In this document: piece after piece, positions 16,937 through 25,834 of the stretch
Layout of the letters: every line of letters starts with the position of its first letter
How positions within the stretch are numbered: the first letter of the stretch is position 1
Assembly (NCBI GenBank): GCA_021146305.1
Contig: GCA_021146305.1_4336.1
Reading direction: 5' to 3' (one strand)
Source of the DNA: a phage
DNA length: 43,091 bases
Made by a program: the position numbers and the translations under genes
Notes under the pieces: generated by a model
What the model saw: only the letters and a program-made list of their open reading frames with translations
Told to the model about the DNA's origin: nothing
Database searches by the model: none

Positions 16937-17979
16937 TATTCCCCTTTCAGATAATCAGCAACACGTTTATCGAGTTCCGCCATCTGCTTAAGCGTGAGCG
17001 GATTCCCGAAACCATCTACAGATATTACGCGAAACTCTTCCGGCGATATACCGCTGTTACGGAAAATCTTACCTCGCACCGGGCCGAGCGCCTGGTCCTG
17101 AAACCACGCCGGTTGTTGTTTAAGGAACTCGTAGTAAGTGGTGTCTGCGCTTACCTGAGTACCTCCGTCCGCACCCTTAGCCGCGCGTTTTGCGCCTTTA
17201 TCAAGGAAGTCGAACTCTGAACTGATTACCGGTGCAGTGGTACTTCGGCAATTAGGATGGGCTGGTGGCATCGGACCTTTACCGATTTCCCACGTCATTC
17301 CGTCTCTGGCCCTGCAAATCGTGCTGGTACGGCTGTCCAGCGTCGACACCCACTCGTATTTCTCGATGATGTCGTCGTTCTGGCGGTACGTCTCGTTACG
17401 GGCCTCGTTGGATACGTGTGACAGCGCGGTGCGGATTACCGTAGTCGCGTTACGTTCTGAGATGTCGGCTAGTCCACCAGCGCCAACAACATTCTTAACA
17501 ATCTGCCGTGTGGTTTGACCTTGCACAAAGCCCATCTTAACTCCAGTTACAAGACGTGCTACTTCCGTTTCGCCCCATCCAGACATCAGCTTGGTGAAAT
17601 CAACGGGCTTGTCGCTCAATGATAATGGTTGAAACTCGGCAGCGGCCCATACCTGCTCAGCGGTAGGCGTAACAAATTCCGCGTCTACGTTGGCGGTCAG
17701 TGTCTTTACGTTCCACTCAGCCTCATACGCGGCCAGTTCCTTAAGGTCTTCTGTCAGCTTTGTTTGCCAGTCACCGGTAAGGCCTGCCAGTGCTTCTTCG
17801 AGGTCGCGTAACAGTTTATTCAGCCGTGCGGTGCTACGCCCGTCGTCACCGAATAACAACACCTGCCGTTTGATTTCATCACGCATCTCCTGAATGAACG
17901 GTGTGAGGCCTTTCACTTCACCGGATGCGGTGCGTTGCAGCCATATCTGGTGGCTGATTAGAGATGTAAGTAAGCTCAT
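16936..17979 (-). CDS. head morphogenesis protein (minor head, Mu F / SPP1 gp7-like position)
   Basis: 347 aa immediately downstream of the portal gene with 1-nt coupling to the next gene. Confidence 0.6.
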   Translation of the reverse strand: MSLLTSLISHQIWLQRTASGEVKGLTPFIQEMRDEIKRQVLLFGDDGRSTARLNKLLRDLEEALAGLTGDWQTKLTEDLKELAAYEAEWNVKTLTANVDAEFVTPTAEQVWAAAEFQPLSLSDKPVDFTKLMSGWGETEVARLVTGVKMGFVQGQTTRQIVKNVVGAGGLADISERNATTVIRTALSHVSNEARNETYRQNDDIIEKYEWVSTLDSRTSTICRARDGMTWEIGKGPMPPAHPNCRSTTAPVISSEFDFLDKGAKRAAKGADGGTQVSADTTYYEFLKQQPAWFQDQALGPVRGKIFRNSGISPEEFRVISVDGFGNPLTLKQMAELDKRVADYLKGE

Positions 17980-18060
17980 ATACCCTCCTGTTTCGATATG
18001 ACAATCATATCAGTCGGTAACGTATTGGCATAATCATACGCATTTAAGGTTAAAAAGAGC

Positions 18061-18092
18061 TTGATTAAATTCTACATTCAAATGTAGAATTT
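18061..18092 (+). promoter_or_regulatory. promoter overlapped by a perfect 12-bp inverted repeat
   Basis: TTGATT (18061-18066), spacer, extended -10 TGTAGAAT (18083-18090); inverted repeat AAATTCTACATT-ca-AATGTAGAATTT (18067-18092). Confidence 0.55.
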
Positions 18093-18121
18093 AAACGTAC
18101 ACTTAAACAGGAGAAATACAC

Positions 18122-18775
18122 ATGAAACTGCAAACATTAGAGTTCCCTTATGGAGAAATCACTTTTGACCGTGAAAACTTTATTAACGTAAACGAGCTGG
18201 TTGACCAGATGAACCGTTGGCGTTTAGACAACGGCATGGGGGCCAGAGAGCTTCGCCAGGTCATGGCAACGGATGGCTTCAAGATTTTCAAGGAGGAATG
18301 CGAAAAACAACTCGGAATCGAGAATGCCATAAGGGCGACGAAAGGCCGAAACGGTCGCACCTTTGCATGTCTCCATCTGGCAGTATATATTGCTGAGCAA
18401 TACAGCGCCTATTTCCATTTCCTCGTTATCGACCGCTTTATCACGCAACGGCAGGTAGAACTACGAAACATTGGCGCGGTGAGCTTTGTCGAGCTTAACG
18501 CTGCCGTTAGTCGAATGATCGAGCGCACGGAGGGAAGAATTGGCCACAGTGGACACTTCATACAGGTGGCTAAAGCGGTAAAGGAATCCGTAGATATCCG
18601 CGACGTAACGGGTTTCGATACATGGGACTCTCAGGATGCGAAGACCAATCAGTTGCGAAGTGACATCCAGAAAGCTCTGGTGACGCTTCTTGACATGGAG
18701 GCCGTTAATACATGGGGTGAACTGAAAGAGGCGATACCTCGGGTTGTGCGTAAATGTGCGGCTAATATACGTTAA
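18122..18775 (+). CDS. KilA-N domain protein
   Basis: 217 aa; N-terminal ~100 aa fit the KilA-N pattern (GRNGRTFACLHLAVYIAEQYSAYFHFLV); AGGAGA RBS; plus-strand gene inside a minus-strand structural block. Confidence 0.55.
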   Translation: MKLQTLEFPYGEITFDRENFINVNELVDQMNRWRLDNGMGARELRQVMATDGFKIFKEECEKQLGIENAIRATKGRNGRTFACLHLAVYIAEQYSAYFHFLVIDRFITQRQVELRNIGAVSFVELNAAVSRMIERTEGRIGHSGHFIQVAKAVKESVDIRDVTGFDTWDSQDAKTNQLRSDIQKALVTLLDMEAVNTWGELKEAIPRVVRKCAANIR

Positions 18776-18776
18776 A

Positions 18777-18803
18777 ACTAAGGCCCCTAGCGGGGCCTTT
18801 CTA
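18777..18803. terminator. bidirectional intrinsic terminator
   Basis: AGGCCCC-tagc-GGGGCCT hairpin (18781-18798) flanked by A-run and T-run. Confidence 0.7.
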
Positions 18804-18804
18804 T

Positions 18805-20274
18805 TTACTCCTGTTGTTGCGCGGACTGCGGAATTTCTCCTGCTACCTGAGCAACCGCACCCAACGGCAGCGGTGCGTCCCCAATAGCGTTCTGAATGTC
18901 CTCATCGGTCCAGTCGGTTACGCCAGCCTTACGCAACGCGGCGTAGTAAGCAGTAGCTGGTAGCAGGCCTGCGTTAATGTCCGCCATCCACTGAGTGCGG
19001 TCCTGAGCTGTCATCGGTTGCAGGAAGAACTCCATGTTCAGCTTGAATTCAATCTCTGTGTCTTCGCGCAACCCTAGCATCGCCGCTACCCAGCGCAATG
19101 CATCGGTATACGCCATACTTACGTTACGTGCGATTGTCGCCATAACAGACGTATCCGCGCCACGTTGCAGGCGGGCGGATTCGGCGGTGATTTGCTGCGT
19201 CGGGGTGATAAGCTGCGCACCAATCTGAATGGCCTGATTCTCTTTATCCAGCATATTCTGTTTGGCGAGGTTGTTCTCTCCTGCCTGAACAAGAAATGCA
19301 TTGCCGCCGTAACCGATGTTATGGCCCGAACGCGACCCCATGCGCACGCCGTGAGGGTTGGCTTCTTTCCACTGTTCCATGCTCATGTTCTCGCCAGGGG
19401 CGATGAACAGAGTAGGCTGGCCTACAACGAAGCTGGATTCCTCGTTGTCCGCGCTGTTGCGGAAATGCCCGATATTAAGCTCAGCTAACGGCAGCAAAGG
19501 TGCATCATCAATGGTCACATCGTTGTTGCTTGCCCCAATGAACGTGAACGGGATTTTGCCCCGTAACTGTTCGCCAAGTTCCGGGAATATTTCGATTACA
19601 TCATCCTGAGCGCCACCTTCGGCATCGAAGCGATAGATTCGCTGGCGGTAGCGCCCGTCAATCAAATCGAGAACGCGGTATTGTTCACCGAACTTTGTTT
19701 CGAACTCTGCACTTGGTTCTGAGTATTCCCACACCTCACGTAACACGACCATCGTCACACGGTTCACTGAGCCGATGCGGGTCAGTCGCCAGTTGATGAT
19801 GTTCTCAGCAGTGTAGAATGCAATGACCGGGTTTAGTAACCCCGCGTTCTGTTCGGCTGCCGTCGCCGCGGCTGTCTCCGGGGCGTCCACCAGCAACCCG
19901 CCACGGCCTATCGAGTTAAGCTCCATCAGCGTATCCTGCGCGTGCTGCCACAGCCCGACACCTGAACCGTCAGCGTTGTGCAACAGGTACTCAAGTTCAG
20001 GCGGGATAATCTGCTCAGGGTCTTTGCGCATCACTGACCCCGTCATCCCCACCAGCGTGCGTTTGGTGAAATTGTAGCAGATAGCGCCGTTCTCGTATTC
20101 TTCCTGTCGCTGTGCTGCGTAGGTCTGGTCAGGCTCGTTCTTCCCGACGTTGCGCAGATAGCGGATAAGGTCGCCTTCAAGAGCGTGGCGTACCTTCTGC
20201 CATTTATCGAAGTGATGCAGCCATTCCCGGTGTTTTGTCTTAACACCCTGATTCTGACCGTTCATAGTTAACAT
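18805..20274 (-). CDS. portal protein
   Basis: 489 aa; immediately downstream of the terminase large subunit and upstream of the head morphogenesis gene. Confidence 0.75.
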   Translation of the reverse strand: MLTMNGQNQGVKTKHREWLHHFDKWQKVRHALEGDLIRYLRNVGKNEPDQTYAAQRQEEYENGAICYNFTKRTLVGMTGSVMRKDPEQIIPPELEYLLHNADGSGVGLWQHAQDTLMELNSIGRGGLLVDAPETAAATAAEQNAGLLNPVIAFYTAENIINWRLTRIGSVNRVTMVVLREVWEYSEPSAEFETKFGEQYRVLDLIDGRYRQRIYRFDAEGGAQDDVIEIFPELGEQLRGKIPFTFIGASNNDVTIDDAPLLPLAELNIGHFRNSADNEESSFVVGQPTLFIAPGENMSMEQWKEANPHGVRMGSRSGHNIGYGGNAFLVQAGENNLAKQNMLDKENQAIQIGAQLITPTQQITAESARLQRGADTSVMATIARNVSMAYTDALRWVAAMLGLREDTEIEFKLNMEFFLQPMTAQDRTQWMADINAGLLPATAYYAALRKAGVTDWTDEDIQNAIGDAPLPLGAVAQVAGEIPQSAQQQE

Positions 20275-20286
20275 TGAATAATCCTC

Positions 20287-21558
20287 TTAAAGTGCGAAAG
20301 TCACCGGGACGTTAATAACTGGTTTGCGAATCGGCATTTCATACGCGATAGGGTATGTGGTTCCATCATTCGGGTGGTCCACACCGCCTGATTTATCCGG
20401 TTCGCCGTTCTTGTCGTAAGCCTGTTGCTCCAGGCATCGTGCGGTAACAGGGCAAGCCTGTTCATTAATCATGACCATACCAGATTCAAGCGCCTTATTC
20501 ATCGCCGCTACGCGGTCTTTAACCGGTGGGTTTGTCGATTTAGCGCGCACTTCGAAGCCGGCCTGCTGTAACTGGGCAATATCAGATGTGCTGGCGTTGT
20601 TACTTTTACGGTTTTTACCGCTTGCGTCGGGGTACATAACGATATAGTGGCCCTTACTTTTCCAGCGCTCTGTTACGGCTCTCACCACATCGGGCGTATC
20701 GAACATATCCACCAACTCGGCGACTGCATGCCAGACTTTGCCACGTTGCACGTAAACTGTACTAGCCATGTGGCCTACGTTAAAGTCCTGCCCGATATAC
20801 AGAGTCTCGCCTGGTTTTATTGTTTCGCGGCTGCTGTTTTTCCTGCGGTCATAGGCGTAATAGACAGTCCCCGCCGTCAGGTTGACGAACTCGCCGTTGA
20901 TGTAGGCGTCAATCAACTGACCTGGGTATGTGTCGCGTAACGACTGCACATAATCTTCTGGCAGGAACGGGTTAGACAGGGTGGACGCCTGAATCATCTC
21001 GTAGCCTGGATTCTTTTTGACTACCCAGCGGTCATGTACGAAACGGAATCCTTCCGGGGTAGTGAACACGGAAACGGTATTAGCAGGTTTCGGTGTAATA
21101 GGTTTATATGTCCGCGGCAACTGGCGGTTACGGGCGATGACTTTGTTCCACGCGTGCTCGGCGTGCTCCATGTTAAGGGTGTCCAACTCGTCGATTTTCG
21201 CACGAAACGATTCGTAGCCAACGATTCGTGCTGGATTATCAAGTGTACGCAGAACAAAATCCCCAAATTGTCCGGAAGACGTATAGATTATGTTGTCAGA
21301 CTTGTTGTATTTGTACCGGATACCCCAGTCGGTGAGCTTTTCTTCCATACGCGGTGCAAGGATGAGGCGCACCAGGTCATAAGTCGGCTCATACATGGCG
21401 ATGATAGAATCGCTACCACCTTCCATGCTGTCGAGTAGTGCAGAGTTGCACATAACTTCGGATTTACCCGTACCGAAGCCAGCTACGAATGCCGGAAACT
21501 TGCAATGCATACCGAGAAACGCGCCTTGCGGCTCCGTTGCCGTGATATTAACGTTCAC
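20287..21558 (-). CDS. terminase large subunit
   Basis: 423 aa; N-terminal Walker A-like GFGTGKS, size and position typical; 11-nt overlap with the upstream small subunit gene. Confidence 0.85.
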   Translation of the reverse strand: MNVNITATEPQGAFLGMHCKFPAFVAGFGTGKSEVMCNSALLDSMEGGSDSIIAMYEPTYDLVRLILAPRMEEKLTDWGIRYKYNKSDNIIYTSSGQFGDFVLRTLDNPARIVGYESFRAKIDELDTLNMEHAEHAWNKVIARNRQLPRTYKPITPKPANTVSVFTTPEGFRFVHDRWVVKKNPGYEMIQASTLSNPFLPEDYVQSLRDTYPGQLIDAYINGEFVNLTAGTVYYAYDRRKNSSRETIKPGETLYIGQDFNVGHMASTVYVQRGKVWHAVAELVDMFDTPDVVRAVTERWKSKGHYIVMYPDASGKNRKSNNASTSDIAQLQQAGFEVRAKSTNPPVKDRVAAMNKALESGMVMINEQACPVTARCLEQQAYDKNGEPDKSGGVDHPNDGTTYPIAYEMPIRKPVINVPVTFAL

Positions 21559-22057
21559 CGGACACCACCTTAATTGTTACTTCGCTGATTGGCTCGTCGC
21601 GTACTTCTTCGGCGACAACTGTTTTATTCAGGCCCAGTTTCGCGGCAGCAAACGTAGCAGAGATGCCCGCGGCCCCCGTTTCAGTGAAGTATGCCTCTTC
21701 CAGCGCCTGTGCTGTCTCCCAGGCTTCTGCAAATGCGGGAATCTCACGCAGCCAAAGCTTAATAATCGGGATAGTGACTCCGATGTGTAAGGCGAAGCGG
21801 GCCAGTGACGGTGGTTTATCCTGAATCAGCGGGCGTTCGTCGCCCTTGGACGTAGGCACAAGTTCCCACGACGTGCGGTCGAAGAACTCGATTAACGCGT
21901 CACAGTAGTCCGGGTCCCACAATGCCGCAGAATTACGGGATGATTGATAAAGGCTCTGTTTACCACGCGGTCGTTTACGGCGACGGTTTGCGCTAACAGC
22001 TTCTTCATGTGCAGCTTGTACCACCTCTGGCGATGGCTGCTTAAGTTTCAGCTTCAT
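21548..22057 (-). CDS. terminase small subunit
   Basis: 169 aa from ATG 22055-22057 (AAGGGGA RBS); the track ORF begins at an upstream GTG; basic N-terminal region. Confidence 0.6.
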   Translation of the reverse strand: MKLKLKQPSPEVVQAAHEEAVSANRRRKRPRGKQSLYQSSRNSAALWDPDYCDALIEFFDRTSWELVPTSKGDERPLIQDKPPSLARFALHIGVTIPIIKLWLREIPAFAEAWETAQALEEAYFTETGAAGISATFAAAKLGLNKTVVAEEVRDEPISEVTIKVVSGER

Positions 22058-22152
22058 AGAATCCCCTTGCATATGCGTCTGACCATCAGAGCGCACCAGA
22101 CGCGCCCTACGCGTCTAAAGGGATTATATAAGGGGATTGGGCGGGATGTACA

Positions 22153-22175
22153 GAAAAGCCCTCCGTAGAGGGCTT
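22153..22175 (-). terminator. intrinsic terminator between early-left genes and the terminase genes
   Basis: Hairpin AGCCCTC-cgta-GAGGGCT (22157-22174) with minus-strand T-run. Confidence 0.65.
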
Positions 22176-22233
22176 GTATCAGTTATATAGGCCGTGGCGT
22201 GGCGCTCGTTTACCGTCGCCGCCGTAATGGTCG

Positions 22234-22506
22234 TTAGCTTCCGCTATAACCCAGGCATTCGGAAAGACTAAAAGTTGCATTAAATTCCTCAAGGTCTATT
22301 TTACGAATACATGGTGAAAGGCAATCAGCGAAAACCAACTCACCAGAATCAATAACGACGAATCGCCAGCCTTTGAATATGTTCTCGGAAATACCCTCCG
22401 CAACTTCGCGTACATTAGGCATGTGTTCTGGGAAATCGTGGAAGTTTCTGGACAAAAATTCAAGTGCCTCACACCGGTTTATGTGGTAGTTATCATATTC
22501 AATCAT
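22234..22506 (-). CDS. hypothetical protein
   Basis: 90 aa; ATGA-coupled to the upstream ORF. Confidence 0.45.
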   Translation of the reverse strand: MIEYDNYHINRCEALEFLSRNFHDFPEHMPNVREVAEGISENIFKGWRFVVIDSGELVFADCLSPCIRKIDLEEFNATFSLSECLGYSGS

Positions 22507-22763
22507 TCCCCGCTCTCCTCTCGCGCAATGCGTTGCTCTGTTTTAGTGATACCACGGCGCGTGAATAACACCGGGCTTGTCTTAACGTGCGTCATAAGGC
22601 GGTTATTATAAATTACATGGCGCTCGCATTTCACGTCTTTGCTGTACTTCGCAATAGTCATTTCGTTGAGGCCTGTTTGTCGGCACGTCTCCGCCATCGT
22701 GCCAAATTCTTTAATAAGGTTAGGAATGCTGGTAATCATCCTAAGAAATTCCTCGTCGTCCAC
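22503..22763 (-). CDS. hypothetical protein, possible HTH
   Basis: 86 aa; segment CRQTGLNEMTIAKYSKD is HTH-like. Confidence 0.4.
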   Translation of the reverse strand: MDDEEFLRMITSIPNLIKEFGTMAETCRQTGLNEMTIAKYSKDVKCERHVIYNNRLMTHVKTSPVLFTRRGITKTEQRIAREESGE

Positions 22764-22930
22764 ATCGCATTCGGATATTTGTTATCGCGGTCCTGCACTA
22801 CGGCGACCATGTTGCCGCGTTGCACCAGGCAGAAGTGCCGTTGCTGCTCGCCGTTGTAGCGTCGCCAGATTGCCTCTTCTATTGCTGCGTTGATGTCACT
22901 GAACACTGTCTCTACCCCACATAAACCCAA
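22736..22930 (-). CDS. hypothetical protein
   Basis: 64-aa track ORF overlapping its neighbour by 28 nt; start uncertain. Confidence 0.25.
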   Translation of the reverse strand: MGLCGVETVFSDINAAIEEAIWRRYNGEQQRHFCLVQRGNMVAVVQDRDNKYPNAMWTTRNFLG

Positions 22931-22992
22931 TCAATACGCCGATAAAATAACCTGCTGCTACAAGGCCAATAACCACCTCGAGACTCATACTC

Positions 22993-23184
22993 TTACCCCA
23001 CTATCTCATCACCGAGCCACGCCGTTTCTCGTATATCATCGACCACACAGGCAGCATGCTCACGGCTAATTGCAAAAATGTAGAAGCTGAACTTCTTCCC
23101 GTCGGCGTCGATGTGGCTAACCGAGTATGGTTTCCACAGGATGCCATCAATAACTACCGGTTCAGGCGCTTTCATACCCATCAC
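22993..23184 (-). CDS. hypothetical protein
   Basis: 63 aa; tightly packed with neighbours. Confidence 0.4.
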   Translation of the reverse strand: MMGMKAPEPVVIDGILWKPYSVSHIDADGKKFSFYIFAISREHAACVVDDIRETAWLGDEIVG

Positions 23185-23359
23185 CTGGGGCTTTGTTCAG
23201 GTTGAAGCGGTTAATCAGTTCACGGCGTGTCTCATAAAGCGACTCCACCATTTGCTCGGCTACCGCGATTTTAGTATTCAGGACGTGCATCACATGGCCG
23301 ATGTCTACGCCGCCGTTAACAGCCTCCACCATCATCTTTTCGTATTCACGGTCGGTCAT
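23162..23359 (-). CDS. hypothetical protein
   Basis: 65 aa. Confidence 0.4.
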   Translation of the reverse strand: MTDREYEKMMVEAVNGGVDIGHVMHVLNTKIAVAEQMVESLYETRRELINRFNLNKAPGDGYESA

Positions 23360-23514
23360 TCTTTACGCTCCCCCCACATGCGATTGAGATACTTGTTCTT
23401 GTCCGGCCCCGGGAAACTGTTACGTTTCATCAGTTCCTCGCGTGTCGGGAACGGGGTGTGACTGACTTTACGGCCTACTCGTAATGGTTGGCTTACTTGA
23501 CCTTGTTCGCTCAT
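23356..23514 (-). CDS. small hypothetical protein
   Basis: 52 aa from ATG 23512-23514 to TGA 23356-23358, read manually; ATGA-type coupling at both ends. Confidence 0.35.
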   Translation of the reverse strand: MSEQGQVSQPLRVGRKVSHTPFPTREELMKRNSFPGPDKNKYLNRMWGERKE

Positions 23515-23660
23515 TTCTTCTCTCCTGCATAAGCTGCTTTAAGTGTCTGCATCGCAGCGAACCAGAACGCGTCCGCTGGAATGCTGTTGCTCAGGTTACT
23601 AACTGCGATGCGCGCCATCAGTTGCGCGTCTTTGAATGCTTCGATATCTGTGATTTTCAT
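23511..23660 (-). CDS. small hypothetical protein
   Basis: 49 aa from ATG 23658-23660 (GGAG RBS) to TGA 23511-23513, read manually. Confidence 0.35.
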   Translation of the reverse strand: MKITDIEAFKDAQLMARIAVSNLSNSIPADAFWFAAMQTLKAAYAGEKK

Positions 23661-23857
23661 TAGTTATTCTCCAGTATTTCTAACGCTTTCACGATGTAAC
23701 GTTTACGTAAAACATCAGTCTGCGCGCTATTAGCCCTGCGTATGTAGCCCGCAGCAGCCCTCATCTGTAGTTTTTCCACCGAACCATTCCCTATAACTGA
23801 TGCGATACATTTAACTTCGAGTTCTTCGGTTATTTCTATCGTCGATACGTTGCCCAT
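23660..23857 (-). CDS. hypothetical protein sharing a domain with 25835-26275
   Basis: 65 aa; C-terminal AGYIRRANSAQTDVLRKRYIVKALEIL matches IGYIRRANSAMTDTLRRQYLSKALEEL in the other protein; GGAG RBS. Confidence 0.5.
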   Translation of the reverse strand: MGNVSTIEITEELEVKCIASVIGNGSVEKLQMRAAAGYIRRANSAQTDVLRKRYIVKALEILENN

Positions 23858-23891
23858 TTCTCTCTACTCCGTTCTCGTTGTCGATGAAGTA

Positions 23892-23920
23892 AATATAATA
23901 GGGTCGAGGATAATAGTCAA
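23892..23920 (-). promoter_or_regulatory. sigma70-like promoter (leftward)
   Basis: On the minus strand TTGACT (plus coords 23915-23920), 17-bp spacer, TATATT (23892-23897); directly downstream of the lysis-cassette terminator. Confidence 0.6.
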
Positions 23921-23942
23921 CTAGTCATCACAGAAAATAGAT

Positions 23943-23972
23943 AAAAAAAATCCCGGCTGGGTCAGGGCCGGG
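23943..23972 (-). terminator. intrinsic terminator after the endolysin gene
   Basis: Hairpin CCCGGC-(9 nt)-GCCGGG (23952-23972) followed on the minus strand by a run of 8 T (plus-strand A-run 23943-23950). Confidence 0.75.
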
Positions 23973-24038
23973 ATAAAACTGGAGAGCAGAGGGATGGAGC
24001 AGGAGGTGATTTAAGTATCGTCGGATTAGTCTTATGTG

Positions 24039-24578
24039 TCAACCTTTCACCGCGCGCCCGATAGCCTCAGCCTCCTGCCACGGTTTACCGTCGAACAGCG
24101 CCAGACGACCGGCGGTACGACGACGCAGTCCAAGTATCGGTTTGCCGTTCTGGTTGATGAACAGCGCCAGCTTAGCCCGCAGAGTCGTGACGTCACCAGA
24201 ACGCAGTGCCTTACCTGTGCCAGTAGTAGCCGCAATCACACCGGCACCAGCGTTATACACCAGGTCGCACACTGCGTCGAACTGTGCCTGTGTAAGCGAA
24301 TGGTGTGCTGCCGCATCAACTGCGGCTACAGCCTTAGCCATATCACGATTCAGTAACAGGAGTCCTTGTCCCTTCGTAATCTTCTGTCCTTCATACACAT
24401 GAGGGCCATAGCTTCCGTACCCAATAGTCAGGTACTTCTCATTCGGTGTAGCGCGATACGCGGTTCCGCGGAATCCCTCGAACGCGGCAGTGAATTTGAT
24501 GCCATTATCTGAAATATTTCGAGACACGCTTATGTCCTCCGTACGACAGCCACGCCTGACGAATCTGGCGCAGCGCAA
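24039..24578 (-). CDS. endolysin, GH24 lysozyme-like
   Basis: Catalytic-region pattern FEGFRGTAYRATPNEKYLTIGYG typical of T4/P22-type lysozymes; follows two membrane proteins; no N-terminal hydrophobic segment; true start may be internal to the track ORF. Confidence 0.75.
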   Translation of the reverse strand: MRCARFVRRGCRTEDISVSRNISDNGIKFTAAFEGFRGTAYRATPNEKYLTIGYGSYGPHVYEGQKITKGQGLLLLNRDMAKAVAAVDAAAHHSLTQAQFDAVCDLVYNAGAGVIAATTGTGKALRSGDVTTLRAKLALFINQNGKPILGLRRRTAGRLALFDGKPWQEAEAIGRAVKG

Positions 24579-24777
24579 CTAAAGTGATTAATGTCTCAGG
24601 TAGCGTAGGTGGCATGCTGCCCTGTAACAAGTGGATACAACCGGCGGCGCAGACAATAGCAGTTAGGATATACAGCACACGACCAAACAGGCCATCATCT
24701 ACGCTGGGGTGGTATACGTTAAACAGCGATGTGCTCCCGATTGCGAGCATACCACCAAACCAGAATAACTCATTCAT
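24505..24777 (-). CDS. holin-like / antiholin membrane protein
   Basis: 90 aa from ATG 24775-24777 (GGAGG RBS); two to three hydrophobic helices; between holin and endolysin. Confidence 0.5.
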   Translation of the reverse strand: MNELFWFGGMLAIGSTSLFNVYHPSVDDGLFGRVLYILTAIVCAAGCIHLLQGSMPPTLPETLITLVALRQIRQAWLSYGGHKRVSKYFR

Positions 24778-25078
24778 TACCGCCTCCGCGACGTGCGATG
24801 TATTCTCCGGCGACAAGGCCAGAGAGACGGGAATAGATTGGCATCCAGAGAATGGCAATGATGAATCCAAGGCCCGCTATTTCGCGTTCACCTGCGATAC
24901 CGAACCATTGAGCGGCGAGAGGCGCACCGAATACGGCGCACGCAAAGCCAGTGGCGAGAAAACAGAGAGCATCGACAGGGCCGGTAATAGTGGCTTTGTG
25001 TTGCCGTAAGCCTATTACCCCGCCAGCTAATGCGGCAGCGAGAAGCCATCCCGTCACTGTTTCAGTAAATTTACCCAA
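24770..25078 (-). CDS. holin
   Basis: 102 aa starting at TTG with GGAGG RBS; multiple transmembrane helices (TGWLLAAALAGGVIGL, ALCFLATGFACAVFGAPLAA, GLGFIIAILWMPIY); first gene of the lysis cassette. Confidence 0.6.
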   Translation of the reverse strand: MGKFTETVTGWLLAAALAGGVIGLRQHKATITGPVDALCFLATGFACAVFGAPLAAQWFGIAGEREIAGLGFIIAILWMPIYSRLSGLVAGEYIARRGGGNE

Positions 25079-25153
25079 GATGAATCCTCCAGGTGCGTAT
25101 TAAGTATGCAGTAACTGGAGGATAGCACGGTTAGGAATTATCTTAATAACGGT

Positions 25154-25447
25154 TTATTTATGACGCCAGATGTATTGTCGTCTCTGCGGTTTCGATGGAA
25201 TATCATCGTATCCCAGCGATTTCCAGTAATTAAATAACCGATTAGCGATAGCTGCGCGTTCCTGTGTTTTAAACTCACCGAGGTTAACGGCCTTCCCGTT
25301 CTGGAATCCACAGGCGCGGATAGCTTTACGCCGTTCTTGTATCTCTGGGTACAGCACGTTACGGCGACGCTTGTGTATACGTGTCTTCGCTCTCGGTGAC
25401 CGCGGCGCAAGGCCGCTTCGTTTCAGGATGTCAGTTGCAAGAGACAT
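25154..25447 (-). CDS. putative DNA-binding protein (AP2-like)
   Basis: 97 aa from ATG 25445-25447 (GGAGG RBS, TAATG coupling); basic; segment GFQNGKAVNLGEFKTQERAAIANRLF resembles AP2-type domains; low certainty. Confidence 0.4.
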   Translation of the reverse strand: MSLATDILKRSGLAPRSPRAKTRIHKRRRNVLYPEIQERRKAIRACGFQNGKAVNLGEFKTQERAAIANRLFNYWKSLGYDDIPSKPQRRQYIWRHK

Positions 25448-25635
25448 CACTCCACCCCCTCCACATGTGTAACCGACCCACAGTTCGCGCACTCGACGTA
25501 ATCAGGGTACTGGTCTTTGTATTTCTGTAACTCAGCTTCAAGTTTCGCGTAATCTTCGTAAAGCACTAACACGCCCTCAACATCAGGAGTAAACCCGAAT
25601 ATCTGGTCGTAGGTATATCTCTGCACCATAATCAC
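25447..25635 (-). CDS. hypothetical protein
   Basis: 62 aa; AGGAG RBS; C-terminal CANCGSVTH. Confidence 0.45.
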   Translation of the reverse strand: MIMVQRYTYDQIFGFTPDVEGVLVLYEDYAKLEAELQKYKDQYPDYVECANCGSVTHVEGVE

Positions 25636-25834
25636 TTCTCCTGTTTACCAAGTCGCTTAGGTGAGCAGATAGCGCGTACCTCTGAATCGTTTGGCTTGTC
25701 ACCCTGAAACAGAAAGTGCGCGTTCTCTGCAGCGCGTGCCGCTGACTGGCACGCCTCCATCGAGTAAAACGTTTCTGATGCCGCGAGTTGCATCTGGCCT
25801 GCGGACAATACTCATATAAAGAGGATGCTGGTCA

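Noticed and set aside
24039-24578. Signal-anchor-release (SAR) type endolysin
   Set aside because: The N-terminus is charged rather than hydrophobic, and two separate membrane proteins precede the gene, so a canonical holin-dependent endolysin is the simpler reading.
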